Origin: an uncultured Chloroflexia bacterium
GTDB lineage: Bacteria; Chloroflexota; Limnocylindria; Limnocylindrales; CSP1-4
Length of the DNA stretch: 64,000 nt
Direction of reading: 5' to 3'
Assembly (NCBI GenBank): GCA_963813335.1
Contig: CAWEYL010000001.1
Span: 1,056,001 to 1,120,000, forward strand
Both the position numbers and the translations under genes were made by a program. Numbering within the stretch: position 1 is the first letter of the stretch; each line of letters opens with the position of its first letter. Below, piece after piece: positions 27,624-38,494 of the stretch. The notes under the pieces were generated by a model, which ran no database searches, was not told the DNA's origin, and saw only the letters and a list, made by a program, of their open reading frames with translations.

Positions 27624-29029
27624 GGCTCGCCCGGGCTCCAGGTGACGATGCCGATCGGCATCGGCCGCTGCGACGCGAGGCCCACGCCCGTCTCGTCGCT
27701 GACGATCTGCTCGTCGAGTGCGGCCCCGAACCGGCGGTCCTTCTCGCTGCCGCGTTCGACCCACAGCTGGCGGCGCAGGAAGCCCTCGAGCTGCTCGCGC
27801 GACTCGAACCGACGTGGCTCGCGGGCAAGGGGCGCGACCTCCGGCGTCCGGCCCAGCGCGCGGAGCAGCTCGACGAACTCGGGGAGTGCCGGCAGCGCGA
27901 TCCGCGCCTCGCCGTGGACCGGCGGCCAGCAGGCATCGGCGACCGAGGCCGGCTGGCGCTCCATCAGGATCGCCACGCACAGCCGCCGCGCCGCGGCCTC
28001 CATCGCCCGCAGGAACGGCCCGATCGCCTCGATGTCGTAACTGACATGCGCGATCAGCGCGACGTCGGCGGCGAACGGCGCCGGGTCCGCTGGCGGCCAG
28101 CGCCCCTCGACGGCGCGGACGTTCCCGATCGCCGCGACCGCGGCGTCCTCGCGCAGCGCGGCGAGCATCCCGCTCGAAGCGTCGAGGGCCACGACCGACC
28201 CGCCAGACGCCGCCAATGCCGCCGCGATCGGCAACGCGTAGCGGCCGGCGCCCGCCCCGATGTCCAGCCATGTCTCGCCCGGCCGGACGAGCGCCAGCAG
28301 CGCGTCGAGGGCGGGCTCGTCGGTCCGAGCCGGGTCGGCCCGGAACAGGCCGCTGACCGGGGCGTAGAAGTCCGCCCCGTCGGGGACCTCGCGGAGGCGG
28401 TCCACCTGCTCGCGGTTGGCCAGGACCCGCGCGGCCCACGCCGCCTCGAGCACGCCGACCAGGTCCGCCCGGGTGTCGACATCGGGGTTCGCCCCGCCGA
28501 CGGGGACCTCGACGACCTGCTCCGGATGCGCGGCCAGGACCGGGCCGAGTCCGCGATCGCCGCTCGCCTCGTCGAGCAGCGCGAAGCCGGCGCGGCGCAC
28601 CAGCACCGGGTTCCGCCCGCGATCCTCGGCATACGCGGGCACGACGACGGGCCGGGCCGCGTCGACGGGCGCCGCGAGCAGGGCTTCGATCACGTCGGTG
28701 CGGAGCATGGGCTGGTCGCCGAGCGCGATCAGGACCGCGCCCGTCCCGGCGCCGAGCGCGGATCGTCCGATCGCCAGCGAGCTCGCCAGGCCGCGCTCGG
28801 GCGCGGGATTGACGACACGCCGCTCGGAGCGCCACTCGATCGCGGCCTCGACCGCGGCAGCGTCCGCTCCCAGCACCACGGCCACGTCGCTGACGCCCGC
28901 CTCGGCGAGCCGGTCGAGGACGTGCTGGAGGACCGGCCGGCCGTCGACGGTCGCGAGGAGCTTCCCGCCCCCGAACCGCGCGCCGGCGCCGGCGGCGAGC
29001 ACGATCGCAGCGACCCGGTCGTCGTCCAT
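27620..29029 (-). CDS. mocA: MocA-like molybdenum cofactor cytidylyltransferase fused to a class I SAM methyltransferase
   Basis: IVLAAGAGARFGGGKLL, GLASSL, LGDQP, DVDT, then in frame WLDIGAGAGRYA. Confidence 0.82.
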   Translation of the reverse strand: MDDDRVAAIVLAAGAGARFGGGKLLATVDGRPVLQHVLDRLAEAGVSDVAVVLGADAAAVEAAIEWRSERRVVNPAPERGLASSLAIGRSALGAGTGAVLIALGDQPMLRTDVIEALLAAPVDAARPVVVPAYAEDRGRNPVLVRRAGFALLDEASGDRGLGPVLAAHPEQVVEVPVGGANPDVDTRADLVGVLEAAWAARVLANREQVDRLREVPDGADFYAPVSGLFRADPARTDEPALDALLALVRPGETWLDIGAGAGRYALPIAAALAASGGSVVALDASSGMLAALREDAAVAAIGNVRAVEGRWPPADPAPFAADVALIAHVSYDIEAIGPFLRAMEAAARRLCVAILMERQPASVADACWPPVHGEARIALPALPEFVELLRALGRTPEVAPLAREPRRFESREQLEGFLRRQLWVERGSEKDRRFGAALDEQIVSDETGVGLASQRPMPIGIVTWSPGEP

Positions 29030-29104
29030 CCGACCCATCTTCCCACCTGCCACCGCGGCGAGTAGCCTTGTGAGGAGCGCGCGACCAGAGGGAGACTGTC
29101 CAGG

Positions 29105-30145
29105 ATGACCGGGAATGCTGGCCCGTCGGGAACCGACCCATGGCGCGATCTGCCACCGAGCGTCCCTGACCCGCGCGATCCCGGCGCCCCGGACCATCCG
29201 TTCGCGACCAACCCGTCGTCCATGGACAACCCACCGCCCATCGACGCCGCGCCTATCGACGCGGTCCCGGCCGGCGGCGGCGCGGCCCCGACCGACGCGG
29301 CTCGGACGGAATGGGCGCCACCCGGCGGGGCGACGCCACCGGCCAGGCCGGCGATGCCGGCCATGGACGCGACGACCAGGCTGACCCTTGGCGCGGGGGG
29401 CGCCCTGGCGGTCCTGGGCCTCATCGGCGTCGCCATCGGGACCTGGAACTTCGCCTTCAGTGGGATCATCCTGATCCTGGCCGGCCTGGTCGGGGCGTCC
29501 GGCGGCTGGATCGCGCTGACCAACCAGGGCAGGACGCTGGTGATCGCGGCGCGCGACATCGTGCTGATCGGCGGGACCATCGGGGCCTTCCTGGGGCTCC
29601 TGTTCGTGCTCCAGCTGATCACAGACCTCGATCACATCGAAGGCTACGGCGGTGGGCTCGGCCTGATCGTCACGGTCCTCACGGCGGCCGCGGGGTGCAC
29701 GCTCTATGCCGCCGCGGCCCGCCATTGGGGCGACCGCCCGCTCGCGCCCTGGAGCGCCCTGCTCCGCGCCGGTCTGCCCGGACGACTGATCCTCGCCGGC
29801 ACGCTGCTCGTGATCGTCGGCTGGCTCGGCAACGTCACGATCGGCGCCTGGTTCCTCAACGCCGGCGTCGTGACGATCGCGGCGGTCCTGCTGGCCCTGC
29901 TCCTCGTGCGCGCCGAGGCCGACCCGGACCAGCCGATGCAGCTCCCCTACCCCGTCGCCTTCACGATCGTGCTGCTCGCCGGGATCGCGGCGCTGATGGC
30001 CATCCTCCAGACGCTCGACCTCATGGGGGCGCACCAAGGGCTGCAGAGCTGGTTGACGCAGCTCATCGCGGTCGCCGGCGTCGCGCTAGTGGTCGTCGGG
30101 GCCGCGCTCGCGGTGCTCGACACGACCCGGGCCGAGACGACCTAG
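29105..30145 (+). CDS. Polytopic membrane protein with Pro-rich N-terminus
   Basis: About 8 TM segments, apparently two similar 4-TM halves. Confidence 0.7.
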   Translation: MTGNAGPSGTDPWRDLPPSVPDPRDPGAPDHPFATNPSSMDNPPPIDAAPIDAVPAGGGAAPTDAARTEWAPPGGATPPARPAMPAMDATTRLTLGAGGALAVLGLIGVAIGTWNFAFSGIILILAGLVGASGGWIALTNQGRTLVIAARDIVLIGGTIGAFLGLLFVLQLITDLDHIEGYGGGLGLIVTVLTAAAGCTLYAAAARHWGDRPLAPWSALLRAGLPGRLILAGTLLVIVGWLGNVTIGAWFLNAGVVTIAAVLLALLLVRAEADPDQPMQLPYPVAFTIVLLAGIAALMAILQTLDLMGAHQGLQSWLTQLIAVAGVALVVVGAALAVLDTTRAETT

Positions 30146-31246
30146 GCCACCGCCCGCTGCCGAAGCGGGACGCCGCTCCCGCCGTAGCGCTCGGCCACGA
30201 TCTCGGCGAGGATCGCCAGCGCGGTCTCGGCCGGGGCGCGCCCGCCGAGGTCGAGGCCGACCGGACCGCGCAGGCGGTCGAGCTCCTCGTCGCCGACACC
30301 GGCCTCGCGTAGCCTGGCGCGCCGGTCGCCCTGCGTCTTCTTCGACCCGACGGCACCTACGTAGCGGCAGCCGCGGCGGAGCGCCTCGACGATCGCGGGC
30401 TCGTCGAACTTGACGTCGTGGGTCAGCACCGCGACGGCGTCGTTGGCACCGAGCGCGATCTCGTCGGCGACCTCGTCCGGCCAGCCCACGATCAGGCGGT
30501 CGACATCGGGGAAGCGCTCCGCGGTCGCGAAGGACGCCCGGCCATCGATGACGACCGTCTCGAAGCCCAGCTCCCGCGCGAGGCGGACCAGCGACCGCGC
30601 GACCTCCACCGCACCGACGACCACGAGCCGCGGCCGGACCGGGAAGACCTCGACGAAGTACGAGCGGTCGCCGAGCTCGACCGTCCGCGACAGCCCGCGC
30701 TTGAGCGCCTCGCCAGCGGCGGCGACAAGCTGCGCGTCCAGCTCGGCCGAGCCAAGCGTCCCCTCGAGCCGTCCCTCGTCGTCGACGATCGAGCTCGGGC
30801 TCCGGCGGCGCCCCGGCACCGGGCTGGTGCGGCCCGAACTCGCCCGGCGGCGAATCGGCGGGGAGCGGCGTGACGACGGCCGCGCCCTGGCCGGACGGGC
30901 CGAGCGAGCCGCGCGCGGCGGTGACGACCGCGGCGGGGGCCATCGGCTCCACCAGCACGTCGATCGTCCCGCCGCAGGCGAGGCCGACATCCCAGGCCTG
31001 CTCGTCGCTGATCCCGTAGCGGATGACCCGTGCGTGCCCGTCCGCGCGGGCTTTCTCGATCTCCTCCGCGGCCGCCCCCTCCACGCAACCGCCGCTGACC
31101 GAGCCGGCGATCCGTCCGTCCGAGGCATAGAGCAGCACGGCGCCCTCGGGACGCGGCGCCGAGCCGAACGTCCGGACGACGACCGCCCGGCCGACGGCGA
31201 CCCGGTCGTTCTCCCAGGCGGCAAGGGTGTCGAGCAGCTCCTTCAT
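30142..31246 (-). CDS. xdhC: XdhC/CoxI family protein (one frameshift near 30790)
   Basis: MKELL..GSAPRPEGA..GSVSGGCVE..GLACGG in one frame; THDVKFD, YVGAVGS, GPVGLDLGGRAPAETALAI in another. Confidence 0.85.
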
Positions 31247-32631
31247 CGGATCGGCCTCGCTGCGGATGGATCGGTCGGCGGACCGCCGACGACGTCGGGT
31301 GGGGCGGCGACGGTCGGGACGGCCATGCCGGGGAGGGCCGCGTGCGAGGCGGCTTCGCTCCCCCGCCGCGTGTCGCTGGCGCGGACGCCGCCGAGGATCT
31401 CCCCGAGCCGCTCGAGGTTGGCGACGGTGCCGGCCGCCAGGAAGTCGTCGACGTACGGGTAGGCGGCCCGCATCCCGCCGGCCAGCGGCTGGTAGCCGGG
31501 CGTGCCCGCGAGCGGGTTGAGCCAGACGAGCCGGTGGCAGTTTCGCCGCAGGCGGGCCGTCTCGGTCGCGACGAGCGCGGGGTCGCCGCGGTCCCAGCCG
31601 TCGGAGACGACGATGACGACGCCCGAGGTGCGCAGCGTCCGGCGCGCCCAGTGCTGGTTGAACGTGCGGAACGACTCGCCGATGCGGGTCCCGCCCGCCC
31701 AGTCGTTCACGGCTTCGGAGACCCGCGCGAGGGCCCGGTCGCGGTCGCGGTCCTTCAGCAGCCGGGTGACGCGGGTGAGGCGCGTCCCGAACACGAACGA
31801 CTCGGTGCGGACTTCCGAGGCCGCGGACAGCGCCTGGACGAAGCGGAGCAGGAGCCGCGAATGGCGCTCCATCGAGCCGGAGATGTCGCACAGGACGACG
31901 AGCGAGCGCGGCTCGCGGATGGGCCGCCGCCAGACCCAGTCGAGCAGCTGGCCGCCGGTCCCGAGGTTGCGCCGGAACATCGCCCGCGGGGCCAGCCGGC
32001 GGCCGTGCGAATGGAGCTCGTAGCGCCGCGTCCGCCGGCGCTCGAGGTTGGGCACCAGCGCGTCCACGAGGCGCTCGGCCTCGCGCAGCTCCGCGGGGGT
32101 CATCCGGTCGAACTCGCGGTGGCGCAGGACCTCGCCCTGGCTGTACGCGTCGGGCGAGACGATCAGCCCGGCGATCGGCGCCTCATCGTCGGCGTCCTGG
32201 TCGTCGGAGGCCGGGATCGGCACGCCGCCCTCGTCGGGCCGCTGCTCGGTCGTCTCGCTGCCGTCGCCGGCCTGCGGCGATGCGGCGCCCTCCACCTGAT
32301 CGGCGCTGCCGTCCTGGCCGCCGACCGGCGGCGGCTCGAAGCCGCTCGGGAGCCGCGAGCCGCGGCGGCGCCACCAGCGGTCGAAGACGGCCTCGTACGT
32401 GGCACGGTCGTCGCGCCGGCGCACGAAGATCGCGGCGCCGGCGCCGCGGACCTGCTCGCGGTCGCCGATGTCGACGAGGGTCAGCGCCCGTGCGAAGTCG
32501 ACCGACGCCCCGATGTCGATGGAGAGCCGCGCGGCCCGCAGCGCCCGGGCGAAGCCGACCGATTCGCCCAGCAGGCGCCGCCCATCGACCTCGGCACCGA
32601 ACGGCGGACGGACGACGGCGGGGTCGGACAC
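31243..32631 (-). CDS. coxE: CoxE VWA domain protein
   Basis: LCDISGSMERHS, FGTRLTRVT, WAGGTRIG, SDGWD, WLNP. Confidence 0.9.
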   Translation of the reverse strand: MSDPAVVRPPFGAEVDGRRLLGESVGFARALRAARLSIDIGASVDFARALTLVDIGDREQVRGAGAAIFVRRRDDRATYEAVFDRWWRRRGSRLPSGFEPPPVGGQDGSADQVEGAASPQAGDGSETTEQRPDEGGVPIPASDDQDADDEAPIAGLIVSPDAYSQGEVLRHREFDRMTPAELREAERLVDALVPNLERRRTRRYELHSHGRRLAPRAMFRRNLGTGGQLLDWVWRRPIREPRSLVVLCDISGSMERHSRLLLRFVQALSAASEVRTESFVFGTRLTRVTRLLKDRDRDRALARVSEAVNDWAGGTRIGESFRTFNQHWARRTLRTSGVVIVVSDGWDRGDPALVATETARLRRNCHRLVWLNPLAGTPGYQPLAGGMRAAYPYVDDFLAAGTVANLERLGEILGGVRASDTRRGSEAASHAALPGMAVPTVAAPPDVVGGPPTDPSAARPIR

Positions 32632-32638
32632 GGGTCGC

Positions 32639-33556
32639 TCAGCCGCTCGCCGCGGCCTCGGCGAGGATCCGCCGGGCGGTGTCGCCGCGGACCTGGCGGA
32701 TGTCCTCCTCGTACTTGAGGACGACCCCGAGGGTCTCGTCGACCAGCTCGGGCTGCAGCTCGCGGGCCCCGAGCGAGAGGAGCGCCGCCGCCCAGTCGAG
32801 CGTCTCGGCGATCCCGGGCACCTTGGTGAGGTCCGCCTCGCGGAGCCGATGGACGAACCCGACGACCTCGCGCGCCAGCTGCTCCGGCGCGTCGGGTACC
32901 CGCGCGAGCACGATCTCGAACTCCTTCTGGGCGGTCGGGAAGTCGATCCAGTGGTAGAGGCAGCGGCGCTTGAGCGCGTCGTGGACCTCGCGCGTCCGGT
33001 TCGAGGTCAGGATCACGCGGGGCGGGCGCTCGGCCGTGATCGTGCCGATCTCCGGGACGGTGACCTGGAAGTCGGACAGGATCTCGAGGAGGTAGGCCTC
33101 GAACTCCTCGTCCGCCCGGTCGATCTCGTCGATGAGCAGCACCGGGGCGACCCCGTCGGTCGCCTCGAGCGCCTGGAGGAGCGGCCGGCGGATCAGGAAG
33201 TCCCTGCCGAAGATGTCGTGGGCGCTGGCGCGGTCGGCCTCGCCGCGGGCCTCGAGCAGCCGGATCTCGAGCATCTGGCGCGGGTAGTTCCACTCGTAGA
33301 CCGCGGTGTTGACGTCGAGCCCCTCGTAGCACTGCAGGCGGATGAGGGGCGCCCCGAGCGAGGCCGACAGGACCTTGGCGAGCTCGGTCTTGCCCACGCC
33401 GGCCTCGCCTTCGAGGAGCAGCGGCCGGCCGAGCTCGAGGGCGAGGAAGACGGCCGTCGCGAGCGAGCGGTCCGTGATGTAGTCGCGCCCGCGGAAGTCG
33501 GCCTGGATCGCCTCGATGGAGCGGGTGCCGGCGGGGCGGCTCTCTCGGTCGGTCAT
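32639..33556 (-). CDS. coxD: CoxD MoxR-family AAA ATPase
   Basis: LLEGEAGVGKT, RLQCYEGLD, LIDEIDRAD, ALKRRC. Confidence 0.92.
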   Translation of the reverse strand: MTDRESRPAGTRSIEAIQADFRGRDYITDRSLATAVFLALELGRPLLLEGEAGVGKTELAKVLSASLGAPLIRLQCYEGLDVNTAVYEWNYPRQMLEIRLLEARGEADRASAHDIFGRDFLIRRPLLQALEATDGVAPVLLIDEIDRADEEFEAYLLEILSDFQVTVPEIGTITAERPPRVILTSNRTREVHDALKRRCLYHWIDFPTAQKEFEIVLARVPDAPEQLAREVVGFVHRLREADLTKVPGIAETLDWAAALLSLGARELQPELVDETLGVVLKYEEDIRQVRGDTARRILAEAAASG

Positions 33557-33609
33557 GGCCGGACTCTACACGGAACCTTCGCCCGGGGTCGCGCCGAGCG
33601 TCCGCGGCA

Positions 33610-34131
33610 TCACCACTGCTCCTCCCGACCGCCGCGAAGGGCACGGCCGATGCGGTGCCACACCCGCTCCGGCGGCGAGACGGGCGGCACGACGCGCGAC
33701 GCGTCCAGATCGCTCGGGTCCTTCGCAAGGCGGATCACCGCCGCGACCTCGTGGAGGAGCTGCCGTCGATAGGCACGCGCCAGGGCCAGCCGCGCCACGC
33801 CGGCGATCGGTCCGGACACGTCGAACGCGTGGCGGACTCGCGCGCCGATCGGGCTCGGTTCTACCTCGTAGGTGTTGATGATCGTCAGGAAAGCCGGTCG
33901 CACGACGAGCTCCAGGGCCCGGCCGGGAACGAAGCGCCGGATCTTGCAGTGGTAGACCGTGCCGTAACCGGCGCGCACGTCCACGGTCCCGCCCTCCACC
34001 AGCGGCCCGTCCGAGCGTGCCCACGTGGCGTTGTGTCCCCATGCGCCCCACGTCGACGGGTCCGCGTACAGCGCGAACACGGCCGCAGGATCGACGTCTG
34101 CCTCCTGGATGCTTTCGATCGTCCAGCTCAT
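33610..34131 (-). CDS. SRPBCC/polyketide cyclase-like protein
   Basis: AVFALYADPSTWGAW..GPLVEG pattern. Confidence 0.7.
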   Translation of the reverse strand: MSWTIESIQEADVDPAAVFALYADPSTWGAWGHNATWARSDGPLVEGGTVDVRAGYGTVYHCKIRRFVPGRALELVVRPAFLTIINTYEVEPSPIGARVRHAFDVSGPIAGVARLALARAYRRQLLHEVAAVIRLAKDPSDLDASRVVPPVSPPERVWHRIGRALRGGREEQW

Positions 34132-34143
34132 CGTTGGGCCTCG

Positions 34144-35187
34144 CTATCCGTCCGGCGCGTCGAGCTCGCGCGCGTACGGCGGGAAGCGGAATCGTTGCGA
34201 GCGGGTCAGGATGCCGCCGTGGCCGAGCTTGGCCACGGTCCGCTCCGAGGCCGGCTCGCCGGACAGCAGGCGCGGCAGGAGCAGGTCGGCGGCTGTCGCC
34301 TTCGAGTACGCGCCGCAGGTCGGCAGGCCCAGGATCGACGTCGGCCCCACCCGGGCGAGCCACAGCATCGATCCGGGATGCGCCGGCACGCCGCGGCGGA
34401 CGACGCGCCCGCCGAGGGCCTCGATGGCGACGAAGAACGAGTCGCCCGGGTCGGTGCTCGCCGAGCCCGCGGTCAGGATCAGGTCGGCCTGGTCCGGCGG
34501 CCGGGTGAAGCGGGCCAGGGCGGCTTCGACCGCCTCGTGGTCGTCGTCCGTGTAGACGATGTCGACGATGGTCGACCCGAGGCCCTCGACCTTGGCCCGG
34601 ACGCTCGCCTCGAACCGCTCGCGCGCGGTCGCGCGCACGGACTCCTTGACGACGACCCCGACCCGGCCCGCGATGAACGGCGCGACCCAGACCAGCGGCC
34701 GGTTGCCGAAGTCGGCCAGGCGCGCGCCGGCGTCCACCGTCGCGGCCTCCACGACGTGCGGCGCCACCTTGATGCTCGCCACGAGGTCGCCGCGTTCGAC
34801 GATCTGGCCGTCGAAGACCGTGAAGACCTCGAGCGGGTCCAGGCGGTTGACCTGCTCGAGCTCGGCGATCCGGACGTTGACGACCCCGGGCGTGGCGGCC
34901 ACGAGGTCCATCCGGCTCTGGTTGGGGCCGCGGATCTCCAGCCCCGGTCCGGCGACGGCCTTCGCGAGGCGCAGGGCGGCGTCGTCCTCGTGCAGCTCGC
35001 CGGCCTCGGCGATCAGCACGGTCACCGGCGGGCCGGGCTCGGCCGCGGCGAGCGCCCGGACGTCGTCGTCGGTCAGCCGGCGGCCCTTGGACCAGCGCTG
35101 CTCGCCGACGACCAGGTCGCGGGCGAGGATCCCGCCGGTCAGGCGCTGCGGCACGCGTCGGCCGGGCGTGACCCGTTCGACGCGCAT
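34144..35187 (-). CDS. Molybdopterin-binding (MoeA-like) protein
   Basis: LHEDDAA, DLILTAGSAS.DP.D, GVPAHPGSMLW, LGLPTC, LGHGGIL. Confidence 0.8.
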   Translation of the reverse strand: MRVERVTPGRRVPQRLTGGILARDLVVGEQRWSKGRRLTDDDVRALAAAEPGPPVTVLIAEAGELHEDDAALRLAKAVAGPGLEIRGPNQSRMDLVAATPGVVNVRIAELEQVNRLDPLEVFTVFDGQIVERGDLVASIKVAPHVVEAATVDAGARLADFGNRPLVWVAPFIAGRVGVVVKESVRATARERFEASVRAKVEGLGSTIVDIVYTDDDHEAVEAALARFTRPPDQADLILTAGSASTDPGDSFFVAIEALGGRVVRRGVPAHPGSMLWLARVGPTSILGLPTCGAYSKATAADLLLPRLLSGEPASERTVAKLGHGGILTRSQRFRFPPYARELDAPDG

Positions 35188-35205
35188 GCCGCCTCGCCGG
35201 TCAGG

Positions 35206-36060
35206 TCAGGCGGGACGGCCGAGCGCGGCCTCGATCGCCCGTCGCGTGTAGACCTCGGCCATCCGGGTCCGGTACTCGCGATCGGCATGGATGTCACTGT
35301 TGACGGTCACCCCGTCCGTCGCGTGCGCGGCTGCGGCCGCGACGGCCGCCGCCGACCCGTCCGAGCCGACGAGGGCGGCCTCGACGGCCGTCGCCCGATA
35401 GGCGACCGGGCCGACGCCGGTGAGCGCCACCCGGGCATGGCTGACCGACCCGCCGCTCGAGGCGACGACCGCGGCCACCCCGACGACCGAATACCCGGAG
35501 GCCGGCTGCGCCAGCTTGCGGTAGGCGCCGCCGGCACCGGCCGGGAGCGGCCCGCGGCGCACCGAGACGAGGATCTCGTCGGCGGCGATGGCGGTCTGGA
35601 AGGGGCCCTCGAAGAACCCGTCGACCGGCACGACCCGCTCGCCGCGGGCCGAGCGCAGGACGACCGAGTAGTCGAGCGCGAGCGCGAGCGCCGGCAGGTC
35701 CGAGGCCGGGTCGGCATGGGCGATCGCCCCGCCGACCGTGCCGCGGTTGCGGACCTGGACGTCGCCGATGCCCAGGATCGCGTCCCTGGCGAAGTCGAGC
35801 TGGGTGGTCTCGAGCACGTCCGCGTAGGTCGCGAGCGCGCCGATCTGGTAGCCGCCGTCGGGGAGCGGCCCGGAGCCCTTGAGCTCCGCGAGCCGGCCGA
35901 TGTCGATGAGCGTCTCGGGGCTGGCCAGCCGCAGCTTCATGAGCGGCAGCAGGCTCATCCCGCCGGCCAGCACCTTGGCCGAGCCGTGGGACGCGGCGAG
36001 CGCGGCGAGCGCCGCCTCGAGGGTGGCCGGGCGCTGGTAGCCGAACGCCGCCGGGATCAT
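35206..36060 (-). CDS. Molybdenum hydroxylase FAD subunit (second CoxM/CutM-like)
   Basis: MIPAAFGY, AGGMSLLP.MKLR, QVRNRGTVGG..HADP. The long ORF in the track is a fusion produced by the upstream frameshift. Confidence 0.9.
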   Translation of the reverse strand: MIPAAFGYQRPATLEAALAALAASHGSAKVLAGGMSLLPLMKLRLASPETLIDIGRLAELKGSGPLPDGGYQIGALATYADVLETTQLDFARDAILGIGDVQVRNRGTVGGAIAHADPASDLPALALALDYSVVLRSARGERVVPVDGFFEGPFQTAIAADEILVSVRRGPLPAGAGGAYRKLAQPASGYSVVGVAAVVASSGGSVSHARVALTGVGPVAYRATAVEAALVGSDGSAAAVAAAAAHATDGVTVNSDIHADREYRTRMAEVYTRRAIEAALGRPA

Positions 36061-38478
36061 GCCTGGCCTCCCTTCGCCGACTGGATGGCACGCCACACGG
36101 TCTGGCCCGTGTACGGCATGTCGAGATGGCGGATCCCGAGCCCGCTCAGGGCGTCGACCACGGCGTTGGCGACCGCGGCCGTGCTGGCGATGGCGCCGGC
36201 CTCGCCGACGCCCTTGACGCCGATCGGGTTGACCGGCGACGGGGTGACGGTCTCGTCCAGTTCGAACGCCGGCAGCCACGAGGCGCGCGGCAGCGCGTAG
36301 TCGAGCATCGAGCCGGTGAGGAGCTGGCCGTCGTCGCTGTAGACGGCACCCTCCCAGAGCGCCTGGCCGACCCCCTGGGCGATGCCGCCGTGGAGCTGGC
36401 CGTCGACGATGAGCGGGTTGATCTTCTTGCCGACGTCGTCGACCGCCACGTAGCGGACCAGGTCCACCGCGCCGGTCTCCTCGTCGATCTCGACGATCGC
36501 GATGTGGGTCCCGAACGGCCACGTGCAGTTCGGGGTGTCGTGGTAGGCGGTCTCGTCGAGGTACGGCTCCATGCCCTCGGGGGCATCGAAGGCGAGGTCG
36601 AGCGCGAACGCGATCTCCTGGAAGGTCTTGACCTTGTCGGGCGAGCCCCTGACCCGGTAGTTCGCGCCGTCGATCTCGATGTCCTCGGGCGAGGCCTCGA
36701 GCATGTGCGCGGCGTAGCGCCGCGCCTTCTCCTTGACCTTGCCCGCGGCCTTGATCGCCGCGGTGCTCCCGACCGACGAGGTCCGGCTGCCGTACGAGCC
36801 GTAGCCGAACGGCGTCCCCTGCGTGTCCGAGTGCTGGACGACGACGTCCTCCATCGGCACGCCGAGCTCGTGGGCGATGACCTGCGCGTAGGTCGTCTCG
36901 TGGCCCTGGCCCTGCGGCTGGGTGCCCATCGTGAGCGACGACCTTGCCGGTCAGGTGGACGCGGATGTTGGCCGATTCCCACATCGCCGCGCCCCAGCCC
37001 TCGCCGACCGCGCCGATCCACTTGGACGGGGCGACGCCGCAGACCTCGATATAGGTGCTGAGGCCCATCCCGAGGAGCTTGCCGCGGGTCTTGGCCTCGG
37101 CCTTCTTGGCGGCGAGGTCGGCGTAGCCGGCCATCGCGAGCGCCTTGTCCATGGCCGGTTCGTAGTTGCCGGAGTCGATGTAGATCTTGGCGCCGCCGGA
37201 CGCGGTCCCCAGGCCGGACGGGTTCTCGTACGGGAACTTGTCGGGCGCGATGAAGTTCCGGCGCCGGACCTCGGCGCGGTCCATGCCGATCTCGGCCGCG
37301 AAGAGGTCCATGGCCCGCTCGATGACGTAGGTCGCCTCGGGGCGGCCGGCGCCGCGGTACGCGTCGACGAACGTGGTGTTCGTGTAGACGCCGGTGACCT
37401 CGGCATAGACGTTGGGGATCTTGTAGCAGCCGCTCAGGACGCGGGCGTAGAGCGTCGTGGGGATGCCCGGGCCGATCGTCGAGAGCCGGCCGCCGAGGTT
37501 GGCCAGGGTCTTGACCCGCAGGCCCGTGACCTCGCCGTCGCGCTTGCCCGCGATCTCGAGGTAGGTGATGTGGTCGCGGCCGTGGATGGTGCTCTGGTAG
37601 TTCTCGCGCCGGCCTTCGACCCACTTGACCGGCACGCCGCCGAGCGCCTTGCTGGCGAAGAGCGTCAGGGCGAAATCGGCGTAGCAGAAGATCTTCGACC
37701 CGAAGGCGCCTCCGACATCGGGGCTGATGCAGCGGATCTTGTGCTCGGGCACGCCCATCACGAAGGCGGCCAGCAGCAGGCGCTGGATGTGCGGCGTCTG
37801 GCTCGACATCCAGATCGTGTACTCGTCGGTGCCCGGGTTGTACCAGCCGATGTCGCCGCGCGTCTCCATCGAATTGGGGATCAGCCGCTGGTTGACGATC
37901 CGCTGGCGGACCACCACCTCGGCCCCGTCGATCGCGGCGTCCGTGCCGGCCTTGTCGCCGACGCTCCATTCGAAGACGACGTTGTTGGGGGCGTTCTCGT
38001 GGAGCTGCGGCGCCCCGGGCTGGGTCGCCTTCTCGGCATCGACGACGGCCGGGAGCGGTTCCCAGTCGACGACGATGGCGTCGAGCGCGTCATAGGCCTG
38101 CGCCTCGGTCTCGGCGACGACCGCCGCGACACCCTCACCGGTCCACTTGACGCTGTCGGTCGCGAGGATGCGCGGGGTGTTGACGTTGTTCTGGATGCCG
38201 GCGCTGCCGCCGGCCGGCCAGGCCATCGGGAGCGGGTTGTAGGGGATGTCCGCGCCGACGAAGACGGCGAGGACGCCCGGTCGCGCCTTGGCGGCCGAGA
38301 TGTCCACGGACTTGATGTTCGCGTGCGCGTACGGGCTGCGCAGGATGGCCATGTGGGCCATCGAGGCGAGCTTGATGTCGTCGAGGTAGTTGCCTTCGCC
38401 GGTGATGAAGCGGGGGTCCTCGACCCGCTTGATCGGCTTGCCGAGGGGGCTGGTCGGGGCGTCGAGCACGTCGGTCAT
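36057..38478 (-). CDS. Molybdenum hydroxylase large subunit, form II CoxL-like (frameshift near 36935)
   Basis: AYRGAGRPE motif, GGAFGSK, QGQGHET, KGVGEAG. One extra base at GKVV/LTMGTQ restores continuity. Confidence 0.9.
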
Positions 38479-38494
38479 GGTCGTCTCCCCCTGC

